Below are positions 26,521 to 36,885 of a stretch of 64,000 bases of DNA, in pieces. A program made the position numbers and the translations under genes. Under the pieces are notes generated by a model. It was not told where the DNA came from. It saw nothing but the letters and a program-made list of their open reading frames with translations, and ran no database searches. The stretch is taken from NCBI GenBank assembly GCA_013791935.1, contig VMSV01000204.1:13415-77414 (forward strand). Direction: 5' to 3'. The stretch is from Desulfobacteraceae bacterium. GTDB taxonomy: Bacteria > Desulfobacterota > Desulfobacteria > Desulfobacterales > UBA5616. How positions within the stretch are numbered: the first letter of the stretch is position 1; each line of letters opens with the position of its first letter.

Positions 26521-28509
26521 TCAACCGTCCTTCAACGCCTGGCGTACCTTGACGGCCACATCATGGGTGGAGAAGGGTTTTTGAATAAATTGGACCCCTT
26601 CGTCCAGCACGCCGTGATGGGCGATGACATTGGCCGTGTATCCGGACATGAACAGGCGTTTCAGATTCGGGAAAAGGGACAACAGGGTTTTGGCCAGGTC
26701 CCGGCCGTTCATCTCGGGCATGACCACATCGGTCATGAGCAGGTGAATCTCACCGATGTGCTCACGAGCCATGCGGATGGCTTCCCCCGGCCTGTTCGCC
26801 GTGAGTACGGTATAGCCCAGCTTTTCGAGCATGATCCCAGTGATTCTCAGAATCGCCGGTTCATCCTCCACCAACAGGATGGTTTCACTTCCCTGCACAG
26901 TCGAACGGGTCGGGTCTTTCTTGCCCTCGGGTTTTGCAGCGACTTCGTGAATGGGCAGGTAAGTCTTGAACGTCGTGCCTTTTCCGGGTTCGCTGTACAC
27001 ATTGATGAACCCGTTGTTCTGCTTGATGATCCCATATACCGTGGCCAGGCCCAATCCCGTGCCTTTTCCGGGACCCTTGGTGGTGAAAAAAGGTTCGAAC
27101 AGATGGGCCACGATTTCTTTGTCCATGCCGCACCCGTTGTCGCTCACCGCCATCAGGATGAAGTCTCCGGGGACAAAACCGGCGTGGTCCGCGCAATAGG
27201 CTTCATCAAAGCTAACTTTTGCCGTCTCAATGGTGATCTTTCCCACATCCCCAATGGCATCCCGGGCGTTGACGCAGAGATTGGCCAGGATCTGATCGAT
27301 TTGCGACGGATCCATTCGTACCCACTCCACCCCTTTTCCCGGCAACCAGGCCAGGTCGATATCCTCCCCGAGAAGCCGCCGAAGCATCTTGAGCATGCCC
27401 TCAATGGTTTCGTTCAAGTCCAACACCTTGGGTGCAATGGTCTGTTTCCTGGCAAAAGCCAGGAGCTGCCGGACCACCTCCGTGGAACGCCGGGTGGCGT
27501 TTAAAATTTCCAGAAGATCATCATGAAGGGAATCGGATGGATTCACCTTTTCCAGGGCCAGTTCCGTATACCCCAGGATGACGCCGAGCATGTTGTTGAA
27601 ATCATGGGCCACGCCTCCGGCCAGCCGTCCCACGGATTCCATTTTCTGGGCCTGGTTCAGCTGGGCTTGCAGTTTTGCCCGTTCTTCTTCGGCGTGTTTT
27701 CGCTCGGTGATGTCCAGGGTGAAGCCTGCCAGGTACTGGGGGTTTTCCCCCGAGTGGATGGGAAATTTTATGGTGCTGTAGTGTCTTCCATCAAGTTCCT
27801 CTTCAATCTCAACTGTTTTTCCTTCGCGCAGGATCCGTTTGTCGTCCTCCACCATGGCCCTGGCAAGATCCGACGGGAACAGTTCATCCATGGATTTCCC
27901 CAGCAATTCATCCATGGGTTTGCCCAGCATGGCTTCGTAGTTGGCACTCAATCGGAGGGACCGGAGTTGATCATCCTTGAAGAAAACATAGATGGGGCTG
28001 TATTCCATGAATTGCCTGAATATTTCCTCACTCTCCTCCAGAGCCTCCTCGGCCCGTTTGCGCTCGGTAATGTCCTGAAGGGTTCCAACCACCATTTGAA
28101 GCTCAGGGTCAAACTCGGCCACCGAGTGAATGAACCGTATGGAGTTGTCCGAGGGCCGAAGGATTTTGAATTCAATGTCGTAGGGCGTCCCTTTTTCCAT
28201 GAGATTCTTTAATTCAGCGTTCAGGGACTGGCGGTATTCCTTCAGGGGCAGGGCTTGAACCTGTTCAATCGACCATTCGGTTCCTTCCAGGCCATAGACC
28301 CTGCGGGCCTGATCCGAGGCGGTCACCCTGCGAGTACGAAGGTCCAAGCGCCACGAACCGATTTTGGCGAGGGTTTCTGCCCGCTCAAGGTCCCGCTGGC
28401 TATCCCGCAAACGCTGAATGTTCTCGGTCAATTCCGTCATGGAGGCGTTTTCCTCCAAGTCCAGCAGGCGTTTGAGCTCATCAAGGGTCGGGTCTTGTTC
28501 TCGGGTCAT
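26521..28509 (-). CDS. PAS-domain hybrid sensor histidine kinase/response regulator (HK1 of the tandem array)
   Basis: Coiled coil + 2 PAS, then HisKA ([22 protein letters not shown]), HATPase_c (GxGxG: [18 protein letters not shown]) and a C-terminal REC (ILLVEDE...LLMTDVVMPEMNG). Confidence 0.85.
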   Translation of the reverse strand: MTREQDPTLDELKRLLDLEENASMTELTENIQRLRDSQRDLERAETLAKIGSWRLDLRTRRVTASDQARRVYGLEGTEWSIEQVQALPLKEYRQSLNAELKNLMEKGTPYDIEFKILRPSDNSIRFIHSVAEFDPELQMVVGTLQDITERKRAEEALEESEEIFRQFMEYSPIYVFFKDDQLRSLRLSANYEAMLGKPMDELLGKSMDELFPSDLARAMVEDDKRILREGKTVEIEEELDGRHYSTIKFPIHSGENPQYLAGFTLDITERKHAEEERAKLQAQLNQAQKMESVGRLAGGVAHDFNNMLGVILGYTELALEKVNPSDSLHDDLLEILNATRRSTEVVRQLLAFARKQTIAPKVLDLNETIEGMLKMLRRLLGEDIDLAWLPGKGVEWVRMDPSQIDQILANLCVNARDAIGDVGKITIETAKVSFDEAYCADHAGFVPGDFILMAVSDNGCGMDKEIVAHLFEPFFTTKGPGKGTGLGLATVYGIIKQNNGFINVYSEPGKGTTFKTYLPIHEVAAKPEGKKDPTRSTVQGSETILLVEDEPAILRITGIMLEKLGYTVLTANRPGEAIRMAREHIGEIHLLMTDVVMPEMNGRDLAKTLLSLFPNLKRLFMSGYTANVIAHHGVLDEGVQFIQKPFSTHDVAVKVRQALKDG

Positions 28510-28566
28510 GGCATCCTCGTTGTTTGTTCATTTCCAAATTCTTCAATCCGGCTGCATGCAACGGAT

Positions 28567-31098
28567 TTACGATGGTGGATCCGGGTTTTTGGTGTGGAAC
28601 AGGGTTTCTCTCACCTTCATGGCGATATCCTTTTTAGAGAAGGGTTTCTGAATAAAGTGCACCCCTGCATCCAGCACCCCGTGATGGGCGATGACGTTGG
28701 CCGTGTACCCGGACATGAACAGGACTTTGAGATCCGGATAAAAAAGCATCATTTCTTCAGCAAGATCCCGGCCGTTCATACCGGGCATGACCACATCCGT
28801 GATAAGCAGATGGATTTTTCCAGGGGGAATTTTAGCCAACCGTAAGGCTTCCTCCGGTGTCTTTGCCGTAAAAACGGTATAACCCAGATTTTCCAGCATG
28901 GTTTTGCCCAGGGCCAGGATGGCCCCCTCGTCTTCCACAATCAGGATATGTTCCCCTTGGCCCCGCGGGAGGATTGAGGTGCTCTCCAGTGGCATTGCAG
29001 CGCCTTCGCCCTGGTGCCGGGGCAGGTAGATTTTGAAGGTGGTTCCAATTTGCTGTTCACTGTAGACGTTGATGAATCCGTTGTTCTGTTTGACGATTCC
29101 ATACACCGTGGCCAGTCCCAGGCCGGTGCCTCCCCCCGGCTCCTTGGTGGTGAAAAAAGGCTCGAACAGATGGGCCAGCACCTCTTTGCCCATGCCGCAC
29201 CCTTTGTCGCTCACTGCCAGCAGAACATAGTCTCCGGGGACAAATCCGGCGTGATCTGCACAATACTCCTCATCAAAGCTCGCCTTGCCCGTCTCAATGG
29301 TGATCTTTCCCACATCTGCAATAGCATCCCGTGCGTTCACGCAGAGATTGGCCAAGATCTGATCCATCTGCGACGGGTCCATTCGTACCGGTCCCACCAC
29401 TTTGCCCGGCAACCAGGCCAGGTCGATATCTTCACCTATAAGACGCCTAAGCATCTTGAGCATTCCCTCCACGGTTTCATTCAAGTCCAGGATCTTGGGT
29501 GCAATGGTCTGCTTACGGGCAAAGGCCAGCAGCTGCCGGACAATCGCCGTTGAGCGGCTGGCAGCGTTGAGGATTTCCCGAAGATCTTTATGAAGGGGAT
29601 CGGAGGGGTTCACTTTGTCCATGGCCAATTCCGAATACCCCAGAATGACGCTGAGCATGTTGTTGAAATCGTGGGCCACCCCTCCCGCGAGCCGACCCAC
29701 GGATTCCATCTTCTGGGCCTGGACCAGCTGGGATTGCAGGATTTCCCGATCTTCTTCCGTTTGCTTCCGTTCCGTGATGTCTAAAAAACCAGCCAGGAAA
29801 TTGTCGCCTATTCGGCTGTGGGAAATCAAGACCGTACGGATCTCGCCGTTTTTGCAGGTGATCCGGTACTCGAAGGGTTCTATGCCCATTTTTTCCCCAG
29901 GACCTCGTTGCAAGGCGGCTTCCCAGGTTTCCAACACCCATCCCCGATAGCCGGGGTCCGGGTAGGCCAGTTGCCACCACTCGTTAAGGGTTGGTACTTC
30001 CTCACTTGAATAACCGAAGACTTTGGAAAAAAGGCGACTGGTGTTTACCAGAACGCCCTCCTTATTCACCAAGCACAGGGGGATCGGGGCTACTTCAAAG
30101 AGGTTCCGGAACAGTTCCTCGCTTTTTCCCAAGGCCAATTCAGCCTCTTTTCGATGCTTGATTTCTCTGAAAAGCTTCCGGTTCCAGACCCCCAGCCCGG
30201 AAAGGATCACCACAAACAAGGCCAGGACCTGCCAGAGCAGCCGGTAGTTAATCCCATGCTCATAGCGCACCGGAAGCCATTTTCGGTAAATCTCCGCATG
30301 CTCTTTTTCGGAAATGGAGTCCAACCCTTTCTGCAGAATTCCCGCCAGGATAGGCCAGTCGCTGCGTACCGCCATGGATTGGGCGTTTACGTACGGGGTT
30401 TCCCCGGCGATCTTGATATTGGCCATTTTGAGTTTTGCCATGGAATAGCTGACCACCAGCATATTATCAATGTAGGCAAAGACCTCCCCTCTTTGCAGCA
30501 GTTCAAGGCCTTCCTCAGCATTCTTTGCTTTCACCAGCCGGATTTCGGGAAAGTCTTTCGGAATCCAGTCGTTGACCGCGTAGCCATCCACAATGGCCAC
30601 ACGCTTTCCGGAAAGTTCCCTCATCTTGTCTATGTAGGTCACATCCGCCTGGGCGAAAATGGCGATGGGGATTTTCATGTAAGGCTTTGTGAAGAGCCAG
30701 AATTGGGTTCGCTCAGGGGTTACAGCCACGGAAGTAGTCATGTCGATTTCATGGCGCTGGAGCCGGGTGTAGGCCTCCTGCCAGCTCAAGCCTTTCACCC
30801 GCTCAAAGGCAACCCCCAGGCGATTCTCCAGGAGTTTCAGATAATCCCCGGCCATTCCGGAAGGTTCTCCTCGGGCATCCACAAATTCAATGGGCGGCCA
30901 GCCCGGGTCCTGAACCACCCGAATGACCGGGTGATCCCGCAACCAGGCTCGATCCTCCGCATCCAAAAGTTCCTCGCCATACAGGGGATTGCTGTCCAAA
31001 AAGAGGAGCATCGGAAGGAAAATCCATACGACCCAAAGCATCCCCCTGCTTTTTTCTTGCCCTTTTTTTGGGCTTGGATTTCTCGGGTTTCTTTTCAT
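28567..31098 (-). CDS. hybrid sensor histidine kinase with periplasmic solute-binding (SBP_bac_3-like) sensor domain, PAS, HisKA, HATPase, REC (HK2)
   Basis: Signal/TM, then a type-3 SBP fold, a TM helix and a PAS domain. The kinase+REC core is near-identical to HK1. Start set at MKRNPR (AGAGG RBS); the track ORF extends to 31185. Confidence 0.8.
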   Translation of the reverse strand: MKRNPRNPSPKKGQEKSRGMLWVVWIFLPMLLFLDSNPLYGEELLDAEDRAWLRDHPVIRVVQDPGWPPIEFVDARGEPSGMAGDYLKLLENRLGVAFERVKGLSWQEAYTRLQRHEIDMTTSVAVTPERTQFWLFTKPYMKIPIAIFAQADVTYIDKMRELSGKRVAIVDGYAVNDWIPKDFPEIRLVKAKNAEEGLELLQRGEVFAYIDNMLVVSYSMAKLKMANIKIAGETPYVNAQSMAVRSDWPILAGILQKGLDSISEKEHAEIYRKWLPVRYEHGINYRLLWQVLALFVVILSGLGVWNRKLFREIKHRKEAELALGKSEELFRNLFEVAPIPLCLVNKEGVLVNTSRLFSKVFGYSSEEVPTLNEWWQLAYPDPGYRGWVLETWEAALQRGPGEKMGIEPFEYRITCKNGEIRTVLISHSRIGDNFLAGFLDITERKQTEEDREILQSQLVQAQKMESVGRLAGGVAHDFNNMLSVILGYSELAMDKVNPSDPLHKDLREILNAASRSTAIVRQLLAFARKQTIAPKILDLNETVEGMLKMLRRLIGEDIDLAWLPGKVVGPVRMDPSQMDQILANLCVNARDAIADVGKITIETGKASFDEEYCADHAGFVPGDYVLLAVSDKGCGMGKEVLAHLFEPFFTTKEPGGGTGLGLATVYGIVKQNNGFINVYSEQQIGTTFKIYLPRHQGEGAAMPLESTSILPRGQGEHILIVEDEGAILALGKTMLENLGYTVFTAKTPEEALRLAKIPPGKIHLLITDVVMPGMNGRDLAEEMMLFYPDLKVLFMSGYTANVIAHHGVLDAGVHFIQKPFSKKDIAMKVRETLFHTKNPDPPS

Positions 31099-31162
31099 AA
31101 CCTCTTTCTGATGGACTTTTTCGAAACGATGAATCCTCCAAAACCGCTTTTCCCCAAGGGAG

Positions 31163-33343
31163 CTACTCCTGATCCAGGGCCTCACGAACCTTGGTGGCGA
31201 TATCTTGCATGGAAAAGGGCTTGGGAAGAAAACGCACCCCTTCGTCCAAGACGCCGTGATGGGCTATGGTGGTGGCCGTGTACCCGGACATGAACAGAAC
31301 CTTGATCTCCGGGTAAAGCACGATCAATTGTTCGGCCAGATCCAACCCGTTCATCCCGGGCATGATCACATCCGTGACGAGCAGTTGAATTTCGTCTGTA
31401 TGTTCCCTGGCCAGGGTCAGGGCATCTTCCGGGCTGTTGGCCCCCAGCACGGTGTACCCGAGGTTTTCCAGCATGGTTTTGCCCAGGGTCAAGATGGCCT
31501 TTTCGTCTTCCACCATCAGAACGGTCTCCCCCCGGCCCCGTGAAATGGGCTGGGAACTGTCCACGGAGATCATTCCTGCTTCTCCTTCGTGGCGGGGCAG
31601 ATAGATCTCGAAGGTGGTTCCTTTGCCCGGTTCACTATCCACGTGAATGAACCCGTTGTTCTGCTTTATGATGCCGTACACCGTGGCCAAGCCCAGGCCC
31701 GTGCCTTCTCCCGCCCTTTTGGTGGTGAAAAAGGGCTCGAACAGGTTGGCCAGGATTTCCTTGTCCATTCCGCATCCGTTGTCGTTTACGGTCAACAGGG
31801 CGAAATCACCCGGAGCACAGTCGATATTGTCGGCACAATAGACCTCATCAAAGCTTGCCCGGCCGGTTTCAATGGTGATCTTGCCCACGCCGGCAATGGC
31901 ATCCCGTGCATTCACACAGAGATTGGCCAGGATTTGATCGATTTGGGACGGGTCCATGCGGATCGGCCACAGGCCCGTTTCCGGCAGCCAGGCCAGATCA
32001 ATGTCCTCTCCGATGAGCCTACGGAGCATCTTAAGCATGCCCTCGATGGTTTCGTTCAGGTCCAGAACCTCGGGAACAATGGTCTGTTTCCGGGCAAAGG
32101 CCAGCAGCTGCCGGACAATGGCCGTGGAGCGCTCGGCGGCATTCAGGATTTCACGAAGATCCCCATGAAGGGAATCGGCCGGGTCCATCTTTTCCATGGC
32201 CAGCTCCCCATAACCGATGATCACGCTGAGCATGTTGTTGAAATCATGGGCCACGCCTCCGGCCAGGCGACCCACGGACTCCATTTTCTGGGCCTGGTGA
32301 AACTGACCTTCCAGGAGCTTGTGTTCGGTAATATCCTGGATCAGGCCGTCGTAGCTCACGATCACCCCGTACCCGTCCCGGTGGGGCACCGTGGTGTTTC
32401 TCACCCAGCGGATCTCCTCGTCTTTTCGCAGAATTCGATGTTCCAGGGGTTGGGTCTCTTCACCGGCTGCGGCCCGCTTGGCATGTTCAATGACCCGGTC
32501 ACGGTCCTCGGGCACGACGATTCCCAGCCACAGGAAGGGGTCCTGGGCAAATTCGTTTTCATGATACCCGGTAACGGCCAGGCACCCAGGCCCATGGGCG
32601 GTGGACACGGCCGTGCCGTTTTCCATGTGCACCGTATAGACATAATCCGTGATGGCATGGGTAATTCGCTTGTAACGTTCCTCGCTTTCCCGCAGGGCCA
32701 TCTCCATGCGCTTGTTCTCGGCGATGTCGGACATCACCACTCGGCACACAAGGGTGCCGTCTTCATGCCGGGCGGCAATGGCGTCCAGCCGGACCCAGAG
32801 CGGGAGGTGCCCCGTTTTCACCATCCGCAGCCTGCACACCTGGGGCTCACCGGTTTCAAAAAGCGCCTTGCGATGCCGGTAGTAGATGTCCTGGTCTTCC
32901 TTCAGGATGAACCGGACAATCGGCTGCTTGGCCAGCACACTCCGGGGCACATTCAGTTGATTGGAAGCGGTGAGGTTGGCCTCCAGGATCAGGCCTTGCT
33001 CGCTCAGGGTGACATACCCCACGGGCGCAAGGTCGTAGAGATCGAAATACCTGGCCCGGGAAGCGTCCAGTTCTTCCCGGGCACGGCGCAGCTCCTCGTT
33101 CTGCATGGCCAGCTCGATCTGGTGAACCTCCAAGTCGTGGACCATTTGGCGGATTTCCTCCGGGGAGAGGGTCGTGGGGTCCGCCCCGGTCTTATCTGCT
33201 TTTGGACGGGCTTGGGAAAGTTCTTCCGGTTCAGCGGCCTTATGGGCCTTGATATTTTTGCTGTTCATGGAAGCCTCTTTGGTCATGTTAAAAACCATTT
33301 GTCCCGGACATCGGGCCTTGGTTTTTCCAGCCATGAATGTCAT
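31163..33343 (-). CDS. PAS-domain hybrid sensor histidine kinase/response regulator (HK3)
   Basis: Coiled coil, 2-3 PAS, then the same HisKA/HATPase/REC core. ATGA overlap with HK4. An alternative start at MNSKNIK (33268) has a better RBS (AAAGAGG). Confidence 0.8.
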   Translation of the reverse strand: MTFMAGKTKARCPGQMVFNMTKEASMNSKNIKAHKAAEPEELSQARPKADKTGADPTTLSPEEIRQMVHDLEVHQIELAMQNEELRRAREELDASRARYFDLYDLAPVGYVTLSEQGLILEANLTASNQLNVPRSVLAKQPIVRFILKEDQDIYYRHRKALFETGEPQVCRLRMVKTGHLPLWVRLDAIAARHEDGTLVCRVVMSDIAENKRMEMALRESEERYKRITHAITDYVYTVHMENGTAVSTAHGPGCLAVTGYHENEFAQDPFLWLGIVVPEDRDRVIEHAKRAAAGEETQPLEHRILRKDEEIRWVRNTTVPHRDGYGVIVSYDGLIQDITEHKLLEGQFHQAQKMESVGRLAGGVAHDFNNMLSVIIGYGELAMEKMDPADSLHGDLREILNAAERSTAIVRQLLAFARKQTIVPEVLDLNETIEGMLKMLRRLIGEDIDLAWLPETGLWPIRMDPSQIDQILANLCVNARDAIAGVGKITIETGRASFDEVYCADNIDCAPGDFALLTVNDNGCGMDKEILANLFEPFFTTKRAGEGTGLGLATVYGIIKQNNGFIHVDSEPGKGTTFEIYLPRHEGEAGMISVDSSQPISRGRGETVLMVEDEKAILTLGKTMLENLGYTVLGANSPEDALTLAREHTDEIQLLVTDVIMPGMNGLDLAEQLIVLYPEIKVLFMSGYTATTIAHHGVLDEGVRFLPKPFSMQDIATKVREALDQE

Positions 33344-36300
33344 GGATCAACATAGGTTTTTCTCCCTTCATCCAGGGCCTCACGCACTTTGACGGCGACA
33401 CTTTTCATGGAGAACGGTTTTTGAAGAAAACGCACCCCCTCGTCCAGCACACCGTGATGGGCGATGACATTGGCCGTGTACCCGGACATGAAGAGAACTT
33501 GGATTTCCGGATGAAGCAGGAGCAGTTGTTCGGCCAGATCCCGGCCGTTCATTCCGGGCATGACCACATCGGTGATGAGCAGGTGAATTCGGTCTCCAAC
33601 CTCCCGGGCCAGCGCCATGGCCTCATCCGGTGAGTTTGCCGACAGCACGGTGTAACCCAGTTTTTCCAGCATGGTTTTGATCAAAAGCAGGATGACTTCC
33701 TCGTCTTCCACGATGAGAACCGTCTCCCCTTGGCCCCTCGGGATGGAGGATGCGCTTTCCTCGGGAATGGCCACGACTTTTCCCTCGTGGCGGGTCAGGT
33801 AGATTCTGAAGACGGACCCTTTTTCCGGCTCACTGTAGACATTGATGAACCCGTTGTTCTGCTTGACGATGCCGTACACCGTGGCCAAACCCAAACCCGT
33901 GCCTTCTCCCACGCCCTTGGTGGTGAAAAAAGGCTCGAAAATGCAATCCAGGGTTGCTTTGTCCATGCCGCATCCGCTGTCGCTCACCACCAGCAGGATG
34001 AAATCCCCGGGAGCAAAGCCCGGGTGGCTGGCGCAGTATTCCTGATCCAGGGTCACCCGGTCCGTTTCAATGGTGATTTTTCCAACGCCGGCGATGGCGT
34101 CCCGGGCGTTTACGCAAAGGTTGACCAGAATCTGATCGATCTGGGAAGGATCCATCCTCACCGGGCACACACCGGGTTCCGGAAGCCATGCCAGGTCGAT
34201 GTCCTCGCCGATAACCCGCCGGAGCATTTTGAGCATGCCCTCCACGGTCTCGTTCAGGTCCAGCGACCGGGGGGCGATGGTCTGCTTCCGGGCAAAGGCC
34301 AGCAACTGGCGAACCACTTCCGCGGACCGTTTGGTGGCGTTGAGAATTTCCTGAAGATCCCCTTGAATGGAATCGGACGGGGCCACTTTGTCCATGGCCA
34401 GTTCCGCATACCCCAGAATCACGCCGAGCATATTGTTGAAATCGTGGGCCACGCCCCCGGCGAGCCTGCCCACGGATTCCATCCTTTGGGCTTGGTTCAG
34501 CTGGGCCTCCAGGGCCTTGCGCTCGCTCAAGTCCACACCGATACAGGTCAGATCCAAGAGGTTCCCGTGGGCATCCAGGGAGAGGGCGTTGGACCAGACC
34601 ACATGGTGCCGCTTACCCTTTCGGGACAGGATTTCATTCTCATGGATGGAAAAGCCTGAAAGATTTTCATTGCTCACGGTTTCGAAAAATACCCTTCGGA
34701 TATCTTCTTGGATTTCAGGGGGAATGAACCTCTCGAACCAGTCTTGACCCAGGACTTCTTCTTCGGTCCACCCGGTCAATTGCAGAAAGTGCCGGTTGGC
34801 AAAGGTGATTTGACCTCTGGGGTTCAGGCTGATGCCAATCTGGGGGATGTTGACGAGGATGTTCCGCCATTTCCGTTCGGACCCTATCAACGCATTCTCC
34901 GCTCTTTTTTGCTCCACCACCGGCCAAATCACATCCGCCAGGAAAGCCACGGTTTCGGCGTCCTTTTCCGTATAGTCACAAGGTTTGTTGCCCAACCCCA
35001 GAATCGCCACCACCTTGTCATTTTTCATCACGGGAACCACCAGTTCCCGGATCACCTCGGCATGGCCGTCGGGCATCCCCTTTCTGTTGGGCAGGGATGC
35101 GTAGTCGTTGTGAAGGATTGGCTTGCCCGTGCCCACGCAATCTGCCCAGACCCCGGCCTGGTCTATGTCGTAATGGGTTCCCCGGCCCTGGGCCTGGCAG
35201 AACTCTTGTTGGGTCCGGGTGGACCATTGCTGGAGGGAAAGGGTCCTCTGGTCGGCATCCACAAAGTGATAGAACCCGATGGGGCTGTCCACCAAGGCCC
35301 CGATTTCATCCAGGGCTTTGGTTAATAAATCATCCAGGGAATGCGTTGAAGCGTATTCCACCAGGGTAAGACGCACCTGGTTCAACCGGTTCTGCCAGCG
35401 TTCTTCGGTCCGGTCCCGGAACACCAGCACCACGCCGGTGATCTCGCCAAGGTTGTTGCGGATGGGGGCTGCGGAGTCGGCGATGGGACGTTCTTCCCCG
35501 TTTTTGGCAATGAGCAGGGTGTGGTTGGCCAGACCCACCACCAGGCCATGGCGCAGGACTTTGGCCACCGGGCTTTCTGAAATTTCGCGGGTCTCTTCAC
35601 TGATGATGTGAAAAACCTCTTCCAGGGGTTTGCCCCAGGCCTCCTCATGGTTCCAGCCGGTGAGGGCCTCGGCCACGGGGTTGAGCAATTCCACCCGGCC
35701 CTGAACATCGGTGGCGATCACCGCATCCCCGATGCCCTTGAGGGTGACACTGTGTCGTTCATTGCTGGCTCGCAGCCTGGCTTCACTGTCGAAAAGCTCT
35801 TTGTAGTGGATTTTTCTGCCTCGTTCCCGAACCGCCAGCCAGATCGCTCCGATCACAGCCATGAAGCCCAACCACAGCATAAGCATCAGGATGGAACGGA
35901 AACGCCAAACCGCATAAACCTCCTCCTCATCCTCCTTGGCCACCATGAACCAATCTGAATCGGGTACGGGCAGGATCACCGCCAAGACCTGGACACCCCG
36001 GTAGTCTGTGCCTCGCACCATCCCCTTTTCACCCTGCACGGTCATGACCGCGGGCAAATCCGTCCGGGTGAGGGGAATGCGCAGTTTGAGGGCCGCACCC
36101 GTCTGATGGCGCAGGTCATTGAGAAAAAGCACATGATCGCCATCCCGCCGGATCAGCAGCGTTTCGGCGGTTTTACTCAGCGTGGGCCAGGTCTGAATCA
36201 AAGGATAGAGGAATTTCGACGCATTGAAGATCATGATGACCGCGCCCATGGCATGGGGGCGATACCCGTCCCGGGACAGAATCGGAGCAATCACACTGAT

Positions 36301-36792
36301 ATGGGGCACCGGGTTTTGCTCTTCCATATGCAATTGGGTTAAGGCAGGCTTGCGGCTTTGCAGCGCCTCGGCCAAGCCTTCCGCGTACCCGCTGTTAGGC
36401 TCCATGTTACCGGTCATGCTCATCAGAATCCTGCCCTCGGGACTGGTGAGCAGGATGTCCGTGTAATGTTGGTTGATCATGAGGGTGCGAAAAAAGGCCT
36501 GGATGTCCTTGGCATTCTCTTGGCTCGGATCGGCCATGAAGCGGGTGATCCCGTCGGCTAAAAACGGGTTTCCTGCTACCAAGGCACCGTCCCCCAGCCG
36601 TTCCTTTCGCCAGGCATCAATCTGGTCCACCTTGAGGCTCCCCATGGAAACCAGTCTGTCTTCAGCCGCATGTTGGAGAACCCTCTCCTGGCTTCGGTAA
36701 AATACTGCGCCTCCGGCCAATAGGGCCAGAAGTGCCGCTCCCAGAACCATCGTCATCCACCGAGGGAATGCGCTCCCTTCACTCTTCATCAT
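33340..36792 (-). CDS. hybrid sensor histidine kinase with periplasmic Cache-like sensor, PAS-GAF-PAS, HisKA, HATPase, REC (HK4)
   Basis: Two TM helices flank a periplasmic domain of about 280 aa. The cytoplasmic part carries PAS/GAF/PAS and the conserved kinase-REC core. 1150 aa. Confidence 0.8.
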   Translation of the reverse strand: MMKSEGSAFPRWMTMVLGAALLALLAGGAVFYRSQERVLQHAAEDRLVSMGSLKVDQIDAWRKERLGDGALVAGNPFLADGITRFMADPSQENAKDIQAFFRTLMINQHYTDILLTSPEGRILMSMTGNMEPNSGYAEGLAEALQSRKPALTQLHMEEQNPVPHISVIAPILSRDGYRPHAMGAVIMIFNASKFLYPLIQTWPTLSKTAETLLIRRDGDHVLFLNDLRHQTGAALKLRIPLTRTDLPAVMTVQGEKGMVRGTDYRGVQVLAVILPVPDSDWFMVAKEDEEEVYAVWRFRSILMLMLWLGFMAVIGAIWLAVRERGRKIHYKELFDSEARLRASNERHSVTLKGIGDAVIATDVQGRVELLNPVAEALTGWNHEEAWGKPLEEVFHIISEETREISESPVAKVLRHGLVVGLANHTLLIAKNGEERPIADSAAPIRNNLGEITGVVLVFRDRTEERWQNRLNQVRLTLVEYASTHSLDDLLTKALDEIGALVDSPIGFYHFVDADQRTLSLQQWSTRTQQEFCQAQGRGTHYDIDQAGVWADCVGTGKPILHNDYASLPNRKGMPDGHAEVIRELVVPVMKNDKVVAILGLGNKPCDYTEKDAETVAFLADVIWPVVEQKRAENALIGSERKWRNILVNIPQIGISLNPRGQITFANRHFLQLTGWTEEEVLGQDWFERFIPPEIQEDIRRVFFETVSNENLSGFSIHENEILSRKGKRHHVVWSNALSLDAHGNLLDLTCIGVDLSERKALEAQLNQAQRMESVGRLAGGVAHDFNNMLGVILGYAELAMDKVAPSDSIQGDLQEILNATKRSAEVVRQLLAFARKQTIAPRSLDLNETVEGMLKMLRRVIGEDIDLAWLPEPGVCPVRMDPSQIDQILVNLCVNARDAIAGVGKITIETDRVTLDQEYCASHPGFAPGDFILLVVSDSGCGMDKATLDCIFEPFFTTKGVGEGTGLGLATVYGIVKQNNGFINVYSEPEKGSVFRIYLTRHEGKVVAIPEESASSIPRGQGETVLIVEDEEVILLLIKTMLEKLGYTVLSANSPDEAMALAREVGDRIHLLITDVVMPGMNGRDLAEQLLLLHPEIQVLFMSGYTANVIAHHGVLDEGVRFLQKPFSMKSVAVKVREALDEGRKTYVDP

Positions 36793-36885
36793 GGGGTCCC
36801 CTGTCGTTTATACGGGGGTCTTTCCAAAACCTTCCCGCGGGTTTGCCCAAGCGAAATCGTTCTGTGGGTCTTTTTCACAAACATG